Below are positions 57,343-64,000 of a DNA stretch of 64,000 nt, one piece after another (position 1 is the stretch's first letter; each line of letters opens with the position of its first letter). The DNA is from an uncultured Eubacteriales bacterium (GTDB lineage: Bacteria > Acidobacteriota > Aminicenantia > Aminicenantales > UBA8522): NCBI GenBank assembly GCA_964445305.1, contig CAYUKK010000005.1, forward strand, positions 6,614 to 70,613. The letters are read 5' to 3'. The position numbers were made by a program, and so were the translations under genes. The notes beneath the pieces were generated by a model, which saw only the letters and a list, made by a program, of their open reading frames with translations, had not been told where the DNA came from and did no database searches.

Positions 57343-58200
57343 TTATTTTAGCATCAGGAGGACGATGCCTGCCAGGCCGATGACAATTCCGAGATAGCCT
57401 GTCGGTCTGATTTTCTCTCTAAAAAAAAGAAGAGAGAGGAGCACAGCGGCGACGACCGGAGCCGAAAGGACGACGGGAAAGACAATAGTCTCCGGAAGCT
57501 TCGTCAGGGCTTTGAGGGTAAAAAAGTTACCGGCCACGCTTCCGGCTGCCGCCAGCGCTCCGAAAGAGAAGACGTTTCCGTCCAGCCGGATCTTCTTCGC
57601 GGCGAAAAAAATCATGAATGCGAGCGCTCCGAAAAGAAAGGTCAGGAAAAGGTAGAACCATAAATTGAGGGCGCTCAGCCGCACAGCCGCGGCCTGAGAT
57701 AATTGAGGAATTCCGGCCAGCAAGAACGCCGCCGCCAGGAAGAGCAGCCACCTTAGCCAAAGCCCTGTCCTTTTATTTTCAGCCGTCGAGCCGGAGGTTG
57801 AAATAAGGGCGATGCCGATGACGATAAAGATGATCCCGAGAGCCAGGATTGTCCCGAATGATCTCTTCCAGAAAATGACAGAAAAGACGACGGGGATGAG
57901 GAACGTCATCGTGTAAATCGAAATGGTCAGAGCATAATTTCCGATTTTGAGAGCACTGAGGAAAAAGAAATAGGCTACCGCGCCGCCGACGCCTCCTCCG
58001 GCGGCGAGGAGGACGACCGGAAGCGAGATGTGGAGCGGTTGGCGCAGGAAAAGGAGAAAAAGACAGCAGAAAAAAGAGGCCATCGCGAACAATGAGCCTG
58101 TCAGCGTGGCTGAGGAGTGTCCTTTGAGGCTTCCCATTTTCATGACGAAATTCGTAACGACAAACCCGGCGACAACCAGCGCGAGAAAGACCCAGCCCAT
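57343..58200 (-). CDS. DMT-superfamily (EamA-like) transporter
   Basis: 285 aa, ~10 TM helices, two EamA-like halves. Confidence 0.65.
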   Translation of the reverse strand: MGWVFLALVVAGFVVTNFVMKMGSLKGHSSATLTGSLFAMASFFCCLFLLFLRQPLHISLPVVLLAAGGGVGGAVAYFFFLSALKIGNYALTISIYTMTFLIPVVFSVIFWKRSFGTILALGIIFIVIGIALISTSGSTAENKRTGLWLRWLLFLAAAFLLAGIPQLSQAAAVRLSALNLWFYLFLTFLFGALAFMIFFAAKKIRLDGNVFSFGALAAAGSVAGNFFTLKALTKLPETIVFPVVLSAPVVAAVLLSLLFFREKIRPTGYLGIVIGLAGIVLLMLK

Positions 58201-58313
58201 GTTCTCTCTCTCCTTTTCAAGCCGAGATCGACCAGGATTTCGTTTTCAATTCGTGCCTCCCGCCAAATTTTCCCGGAGGCAAGAAAATGGGCCACCGCTC
58301 TTCGCCCCGGATC

Positions 58314-59057
58314 TCAGTCATCGAAGTTCACCAAAGTCATGATGTTTTCCGAAAAGACCATCCGACGTTCTTTTTCCGTTAGCGGCAGGAGACGGATCTT
58401 TTCGATTTCGAGCAAAACCTCCTCCTTCTGGGAAAAGCCGAGGTCAGTGCCAAATAAAAGTTTTCCGATAGGAATAGTAGATATCATCTCTTTGACCGCG
58501 GAAAAGGGAGAAGCAGCCGGGCAGAGATAGATATTCTGATACTTCTTGGCCACGGCCAGGGCATCGAGCCAGAGGTCCTTAAGCCCCGCCTCGCCGAGAA
58601 TGAGTTTGGCTTCGGGAAATTTTCGGGCCAGGTTGCCGATCTGAGTCGGGCAAGCATAGGGAGGGCTACCGCTGTGGAAAATAATTGGAATGTTGAGGCG
58701 AATCGCCTCCTCGACGACCTTGAGGAAATAGGCATTGGTCAATGAAAACGCCTGCAGCCAGGGATGGACCTTGAGTCCCCTCATCCCTAACTTGAGGACC
58801 GCTCGCCGCAGGTCTCTTACCGCCTGATCCCCCATGTGAGGATCCACCGTAGCGAAAGGATAAAGACGGCCTTCGAATCCCCTGGTTAGAGAAAGAAGAC
58901 GATCGTTTGCGCCCCGGGCGTCAAAGAACCCCTCCAGAGTGAAGACGCAGGCCTTCTCGATTCCGGTCTCGTCCATGATGCGCACGAAATCGCGCGGTCG
59001 GATCCCCCGGAGATTCAGCCAGCGGCCGAAAAGATGGGTGTGGCAGTCGATGATCAT
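58314..59057 (-). CDS. amidohydrolase-2 family metal-dependent hydrolase (TIM barrel)
   Basis: 247 aa. MIIDCHTHLF... metal-binding His-x-His start, with downstream His/Asp. Confidence 0.65.
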   Translation of the reverse strand: MIIDCHTHLFGRWLNLRGIRPRDFVRIMDETGIEKACVFTLEGFFDARGANDRLLSLTRGFEGRLYPFATVDPHMGDQAVRDLRRAVLKLGMRGLKVHPWLQAFSLTNAYFLKVVEEAIRLNIPIIFHSGSPPYACPTQIGNLARKFPEAKLILGEAGLKDLWLDALAVAKKYQNIYLCPAASPFSAVKEMISTIPIGKLLFGTDLGFSQKEEVLLEIEKIRLLPLTEKERRMVFSENIMTLVNFDD

Positions 59058-59770
59058 CGGCTTTTCCCCAGAGCGCGGAGGATGTTGCGCCGAAAAATCC
59101 GTTGCTTGTCGACCGCCTCCCCGAGGAGGTTGATCTTTTTGATCTCCAGGTCGAGCGAGGAAAAGGGAAAGTCGCTACCGAAGACGAATTTCATGATTCC
59201 CGCCTCCTTGATCCAGGCGGAGATCTGCGAGGGCAAAACATAAGAAGTTTCGATGAAAAGGTTCGGGCAGCGGCTGAGCGCATCGGGGATGTCGTTCCAG
59301 AAATCGCAAAATCCGCCGTGGCCCATGATAAAATTGACCCCTGGATACCGTTCCGCCAGTTCCGCAAGCTGAAGAGGCATGGCACAGATCGGGGTTCCGG
59401 TAACGCAATAGACGGGCCAGCCGACTTTCTCGGCAAATTCGATAAGCGGGAAAATCTGGGGGTCGGCTAAAATGAAACCCTGAACAGCCGGGAAAATCTT
59501 CAGGCCGGAGAGGCCAAGCTCAAAGGCTCTTTCGAGCTCCGCCACAGCTTTGCGGCCATACCATGGAGAGGCGACGGCGAAACCGATCAGCCGGTCCGGG
59601 TGGTGGCTGACGGCGGCGGCAACATAGGAATTTCCGGACTTGTTCTCAACGGCGATAAAATTCCTCTCGGGTGCGATGATTGCCCGTTCAATCCCGTGAC
59701 GATCCATCTCGACAAGCAGCTCCCGAACGCGGCCTTTCAATAGAGTGCAAGCGCAATCTATAATGTCCAT
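59054..59770 (-). CDS. amidohydrolase-2 family protein (paralog; N-terminal HxH replaced by CAC)
   Basis: 238 aa. MDIIDCACTLL... Colinear with the downstream paralog. ATGA overlap. Confidence 0.6.
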   Translation of the reverse strand: MDIIDCACTLLKGRVRELLVEMDRHGIERAIIAPERNFIAVENKSGNSYVAAAVSHHPDRLIGFAVASPWYGRKAVAELERAFELGLSGLKIFPAVQGFILADPQIFPLIEFAEKVGWPVYCVTGTPICAMPLQLAELAERYPGVNFIMGHGGFCDFWNDIPDALSRCPNLFIETSYVLPSQISAWIKEAGIMKFVFGSDFPFSSLDLEIKKINLLGEAVDKQRIFRRNILRALGKSR

Positions 59771-60220
59771 GTCCTATCTCTTCCTTCAGCCTGATGTTCG
59801 GGTTCCGAAAGTCCGAATCACAGGCCGCTCATACTGATTTTTCCTCCAGCAAACAGAGAGGCCGGATATCCTTCGCCGCATAGCCCAGATGACTGGGCTG
59901 ACGCCATCCCTCAGCGTACTCAAACCGTTCCGACATGTCACCGACTTTGCGACTCATTTCTTTCATCGTCATGGGATAGGAACCCAGGCCATGGCTTCGA
60001 TCCAGCCAATCCTTTTGAAATGACAGCGGCCACCCGGCTGATTAGCTCCTGATGATAAAAGACGGCCAGGTCATCGACGAGGCTTTCGTGATAAACAGCT
60101 CCGATGGCGAAAATAACCATCTTTCCTCTTCACTCAAACCATCCTGCTTCTTCGTCGCCGGCATGGCTTCTTTCCTGATCCCACCTCATTCTCCTTTCCT
60201 GTCTGTCGAGAAAAGAGGAA

Positions 60221-61483
60221 TCATTTGGCGTAGGCCGCGGCCACTTTTTCAAAAGCAGCAACCATGAGCTCCACGTGCTTCTCCGTATAAACCGGGTGAG
60301 TGAAAAAGGAAAAGGTCCGGTCAGTCAGCCAGCGGGCGGTTGGACAACTCACGGTCGAATAATCAATCCGGCGGGCCAAAGGGTCATCGAACGGGTAATT
60401 AGCTTTTCCAAACCCTCGTCTCGCCACATAGGCTTCTTCTTTGTACATTTCAGGCCACAGCACCGTGTAGGCGGGGACGCCCTCAGCGTTGATGGCGGCA
60501 ACAAGTTCCTTGGCCGAACAGGAGAGCTTTTCGATGTCGATAACAAAAGGGCACCACCAGAAGGCATTCTTTCTCTCCGCCGTGTCGGGGGGAACATGGA
60601 GGATGAGTGGATGGTCTTTGAGTGCCTCGATCAGCATCCTTCCGTTCCGGCGACGGGCAGGCAGATTCCAGGTTTCAAACCTTTCCAGCTCGGCCAGCCC
60701 GATAGCGGACTGGACTTCAGTCATCCGGTAATTGAACCCCACACGCGTATGGATGTACATCAGCCTGGACTCGAGCTCCAGGAGGTTGAGTCTCTTCTGA
60801 ACATCGTAACCGTGGTCCCTGAACGACCTACACCGCCAAGCGAGTTCCTCATCATCGGTGACGACGGCGCCACCTTCACCGGCCGTCGTGAAATGCTTGC
60901 TCTGGCAAAAGCTGAAGCAACCGACATGACCGATCGTTCCAGCCTTTTTCTCTTTGTATTCGCCACCGTGGGACTGGGCGCAATCTTCGATCACGAAAAG
61001 CCCATGTTTGCGGGCAATCTCCATGATCGGGTCCATGTCGGCGATGATTCCGTAGAGGTGGACGACGCTGATGGCTTTCGTTCGCTCGGTAATTTTCTTT
61101 TCCACATCTTCCGGCGAGATGACATGATCATAGCCGGTGTCGGCAAAAACAGGCAGGGCGCCGGCCTGAAGAATACAGAAGCTCGAAGCGATGAAGGAGT
61201 AGGATGGACAGATGACTTCGTCGCCCGGGCCGATGCCCAGTGAGGCGATGGCCGTGTGGAGAGCCGACGTTCCGTTCGACGTCGAGATGGCGAAACGAAC
61301 GCCATTATACTCGGCCCATTTTTTCTCGAATTGCATCCCCAACGGCCCAGTCCAGTAATTGACTCGGCCCGAACGCAAGACCTCAGATGCCATCTGAATC
61401 CCCTTTTCAGACAGGCTTGGCCACATGGGAAACGGCTCTTGGACCAATTTCTGGCCACCGTGAATCGCTAATTTCTCCGGCAT
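60221..61483 (-). CDS. DegT/DnrJ/EryC1/StrS-family PLP-dependent aminotransferase (sugar aminotransferase)
   Basis: 420 aa. GDEVICPSYSFIASS...FSFCQSKHFTTAGEGGAVVT (PLP-Lys region). Confidence 0.8.
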   Translation of the reverse strand: MPEKLAIHGGQKLVQEPFPMWPSLSEKGIQMASEVLRSGRVNYWTGPLGMQFEKKWAEYNGVRFAISTSNGTSALHTAIASLGIGPGDEVICPSYSFIASSFCILQAGALPVFADTGYDHVISPEDVEKKITERTKAISVVHLYGIIADMDPIMEIARKHGLFVIEDCAQSHGGEYKEKKAGTIGHVGCFSFCQSKHFTTAGEGGAVVTDDEELAWRCRSFRDHGYDVQKRLNLLELESRLMYIHTRVGFNYRMTEVQSAIGLAELERFETWNLPARRRNGRMLIEALKDHPLILHVPPDTAERKNAFWWCPFVIDIEKLSCSAKELVAAINAEGVPAYTVLWPEMYKEEAYVARRGFGKANYPFDDPLARRIDYSTVSCPTARWLTDRTFSFFTHPVYTEKHVELMVAAFEKVAAAYAK

Positions 61484-62562
61484 AAGCTCCTCCCTCCGGT
61501 GATTCTGATTTCCTGACCACCCGCGGCAGCGGATTGATAGGCCGCTAAGACGAGTCGCAAATTGTGAACCCCTTCCTCTCCGGTCTGCCTTTTTCTCTTG
61601 CGGATAGAAGCGGCGTGGTCAAGGATTACTCTCTGGTAGATGTTTTCAACCCGTTCTGGATAGATCATCTCTACATTTCCGGATCCCTCGAGTTCGACCC
61701 TGATTTTTACCGGCTCATCGGCATGCCCGGACAGCTGGAACATCGTGCCATAGCTACGGAGGACCTTATTTGTTCCGTAAATCTCATAACCCAAGTTGAG
61801 AAGAGTGCTTTCCAGCGAACCGCGGGCGTCGTTGAAAGAGACGCGGGCGCTTCCTGTCAGACCGCTCTGGAGGCGAAAACGGATAAAGGCCCCGTTCTCC
61901 GCCCTGATGGGAAGCGTCCGCGGAGTGAAAGTGGCGGCGATGGCGACAATCCGGGAGCCGGTCAGAAATTCCGCCATGTAGAGGCAGTGGCTTCCTACAT
62001 CACCAATCGGACCGCCCAGCTCAGCTGGATCGGCACAGCGCCAGGACGACGCTTCTTCAGGCGTTGAGCCATAAGAGAATTCCATGTGCAGGCAGATGTC
62101 CTTCACCTCACCCAGAACCCCCTTTGCTACCAGCTTTCTGGCCATCTGGTTGAGGCCATTGTGAGTCATCATGTGATCGACGGCCAAGGACAGTCCTCTC
62201 TGGGCTGCAAGGGCTACCAAATGTCTGGCCTGGACGAGGCTCGTCGCCATCGGCTTCTCGACGATGACATGTTTGCCGGCGACGAGAGCGTTCTTGCTCA
62301 AGATAAAGTGGGTGGCATTATCGGAGGCGATAAAAACGGCGTCGATGGTCGAGTCGGCAAAAACAGCCTCTGCCGATTCGTACCATTTTAGCCCCAGGCT
62401 CTCCGCGGCGCTCCGCCTTAACTCCCGGATATCTGTCGCCCCTACCAGTTCTACGCCTGGAATGGGCGCAAACCTTTTCTGATCACGAGCAAAACCCTCT
62501 CTGGCCAGACGATTTTCCGCAATTCCTCCGAATCCGATGATCGCGTAACGGATCGCCTTCAT
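61468..62562 (-). CDS. Gfo/Idh/MocA-family NAD(P)-dependent oxidoreductase
   Basis: 364 aa. IRYAIIGFGGIAEN Rossmann start. EKPMATSL family motif. Confidence 0.8.
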   Translation of the reverse strand: MKAIRYAIIGFGGIAENRLAREGFARDQKRFAPIPGVELVGATDIRELRRSAAESLGLKWYESAEAVFADSTIDAVFIASDNATHFILSKNALVAGKHVIVEKPMATSLVQARHLVALAAQRGLSLAVDHMMTHNGLNQMARKLVAKGVLGEVKDICLHMEFSYGSTPEEASSWRCADPAELGGPIGDVGSHCLYMAEFLTGSRIVAIAATFTPRTLPIRAENGAFIRFRLQSGLTGSARVSFNDARGSLESTLLNLGYEIYGTNKVLRSYGTMFQLSGHADEPVKIRVELEGSGNVEMIYPERVENIYQRVILDHAASIRKRKRQTGEEGVHNLRLVLAAYQSAAAGGQEIRITGGRSLCRRN

Positions 62563-62699
62563 GCCGCGGTCTCCTTTTGTCGGACGCGCCAGGACGCATC
62601 CGGATTCTTAAGTCTATTCAAGGGTAAGGGAGGATGTCAAACTCTTCGACACCACAGCTGCGCTTGCAAACCAAGCCGATTCTGATATTTTGGCGGAGA

Positions 62700-63142
62700 C
62701 AGGGTGAAGGATACACAAAGATTCAGCCGCTCGCATCCTGGACACAGAGAGATGGGGGGATTATTGCCTCCACTGTCTCGAGTTGTCCAAAATCGCCAGT
62801 GAGGCCTGGCCGGGGCAATTCTTGATGGTCCCGGTGAGCAACCAGCCCTTTCCTCTTCTCCGCCGCCCCTTCAGCATTCATACCATCGATGAAGAAAAGG
62901 GCGTGGTAGAAATCTTTTTTGCCCGGACTTGAATCGGCACGACAATTCGAGCCGAAAGAAAAACGGGTGAGATGATTGACCTCATCGGACCGCTGGGAAA
63001 GGGCTTCCTCGAAAGGGGAAGAGGCGAGGATTCAGACTCTGATAAAGAGGGCGGGAAAGCGAGGAGCTTCGCAAACTCAAGGCGATTCCGATTATTTTTT
63101 ATGGGGGAAAGAAAGATCGTGACCTTCCGCTTCCGGCTTTAG
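62700..63142 (+). pseudogene. degraded dihydroorotate-dehydrogenase electron-transfer-subunit (PyrK)-like gene with an in-frame TGA and a truncated C-terminus
   Basis: Frame reads ...EAWPGQFLMVPVSNQPFPLLRRPFSIHTIDEEKGVVEIFFART*IGTTIRAERKTGEMIDLIGPLGKGF... This is colinear with PyrK PGQFLHLKV...PLLRRPISI...GELVDVLGPLGNGF. The TGA (~62930) sits where a Gly codon is expected. No FAD/NAD or 2Fe-2S C-terminal part. Confidence 0.45.
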
Positions 63143-63396
63143 CCAGCAGCGCGGTTCTTAATCCTCTGCCCGGGCTTCCTATTATCTATCGACTTGGTCA
63201 GTTGATGACGCACATGACTCTCTCTGTTCATGGATCCTACCCATCCATCTATTCATGCAGGAGATAGAAATTATCCCGCTTCCCTGGCGGAAGAGGATAG
63301 ATAGGAGCGGGCCCAAACTTTATGGCGTTTGCTTCCGGGAAGCGTAAGGTGCTATATACAGGTGAGAGTTGTTTCATCCATGAAGGAGAAAATCCC

Positions 63397-64000
63397 ATGA
63401 AGAAACTCTCACCCGGTCAGATCGAACAGATCCAAATGGCAACGGAGCAAATTCTCGAAAGGGTCGGCGTCCAGGTTTGGCATGAGCCGATACTGAATAA
63501 AGCCCGGCGGGCGGGGGCCGCGGTCGATGAGACGAGCGGAACCGTCCGTTTTCCCGCGCCCTTGCTCCGCGAGCTCCTCTCCTCGGTCCCCAGGCAGTAT
63601 TCTGTCTGTGGTGTGAACGGAAAGAAGTTGTTGATCGGTGGCGGTGAGCAGTCCTGTCTGGCTATCGTCACCGATCCCTGGATTGTCGATTATGCAACGC
63701 AGCTTCCGCGGCGCCCAGTTCTCGAGGATGTCCGGCGCCATTCTATCATCGCCCAGGAGCTCGAGCCGGTCGTCATGGTCAGTCGGATGGATTATCCCGT
63801 GGCCGATGTTCCCGGGCCGGCGTCGAGCCTCCGTGCCCTGGAAATCCACCTCCTCCATCATGCCAAACATAACTATGTCCTGCCGGCGACGCTGGAGAGC
63901 TATAGGGAGTGGCTGGAAATCCTCGGAAATCTCGAACAGAGCACTGGATTGGCTCAGAACCTGCTGATGACGGTGGGAATTCCGGTCCTTTCACCTCTGC
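63397..64000 (+). CDS. MttB-superfamily (trimethylamine methyltransferase-like, COG5598) corrinoid-dependent methyltransferase; N-terminal 201 aa, 3' end off window
   Basis: Manual translation from ATG 63397 (SD GAAGGAGA): MKKLSPGQIEQIQMATEQILERVGVQVWHEPILNKARRAGAAVDETSGTVRFP...VCGVNGKKLLIGGG... Open to the window end, so not in the ORF track. Confidence 0.55.
   Translation, partial: MKKLSPGQIEQIQMATEQILERVGVQVWHEPILNKARRAGAAVDETSGTVRFPAPLLRELLSSVPRQYSVCGVNGKKLLIGGGEQSCLAIVTDPWIVDYATQLPRRPVLEDVRRHSIIAQELEPVVMVSRMDYPVADVPGPASSLRALEIHLLHHAKHNYVLPATLESYREWLEILGNLEQSTGLAQNLLMTVGIPVLSPL

Noticed and set aside
62930-62932. In-frame TGA in the pyrK-like sequence as selenocysteine or a glycine-recoded UGA (translation table 25)
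   Set aside because: The TGA sits at a conserved Gly position, not at a redox-active Cys. The genome uses TGA as a stop for many genes and encodes frameshift-regulated RF2. It is treated as a nonsense mutation in a pseudogene.
1-64000. Searched by eye for CRISPR arrays, tRNA and rRNA genes, and tandem repeats
   Set aside because: No array of regularly spaced direct repeats was seen. I saw no tRNA-like or rRNA-like sequence. The only repeats are the short dispersed transposase-remnant copies reported above.

Overview
This 64-kb window comes from a bacterial chromosome of roughly 58% GC with anaerobe-type gene content. TGA is an ordinary stop codon here and a frameshift-dependent prfB is present. 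I saw no rRNA, tRNA or CRISPR array. The main regions follow.

(1) Left edge to 9 kb: argS (partial, minus strand), then a compact plus-strand glycine block gcvT-gcvH-gcvPA-gcvPB-glyQ-glyS, then a small PilZ gene.

(2) 9.85-21.85 kb: a 13-gene minus-strand cluster. It combines heterodisulfide-reductase-like genes (HdrC, HdrB-like, HdrA, MvhD), an Flx/sulfhydrogenase-like NAD(P)H module (FrhB-like, HydB-like, HydG-like), a complete four-subunit 2-oxoacid:ferredoxin oxidoreductase inserted between hdrB and hdrA, and a non-covalent-FAD fumarate-reductase/succinate-dehydrogenase-like flavoprotein plus Fe-S subunit. This is the most unusual feature and a candidate new electron-bifurcating assembly.

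(3) 21.9-26.1 kb: a membrane-embedded spermidine-synthase-like protein, an AmmeMemoRadiSam-type radical SAM enzyme with an apparent Tat signal, and a DUF362 protein.

(4) 27.2-31.8 kb: a phosphorelay of hybrid PAS/GAF histidine kinase, REC-GGDEF response regulator and Hpt protein.

(5) 32-45 kb: housekeeping genes. These include an AI-2E transporter, rnc, pyrC-pyrB-pyrR, ribF, mazG, prfB with its programmed +1 frameshift, lnt, a SPOR protein and an NfeD/SPFH pair.

(6) 45-54 kb: a decayed accessory island. It contains an IS91-family transposase fragment, scattered IS200/RAYT-like Y1-transposase remnants and an AT-rich MarR promoter. Its cargo is a radical SAM/SPASM maturase flanked by three paralogous Tat-signal cysteine-pentad-repeat proteins, two exported PSCyt1-like domains with CX4CH motifs, and a signal-peptide superoxide-reductase-like protein.

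(7) 55-64 kb: tandem beta-propeller paralogs, a DMT transporter, two amidohydrolase-2 paralogs, DegT aminotransferase plus Gfo/Idh/MocA oxidoreductase, a degraded pyrK-like pseudogene and a partial MttB-family methyltransferase.

All coordinates derive from the supplied ORF track plus start-site reasoning. Single-base positions of motifs are approximate.
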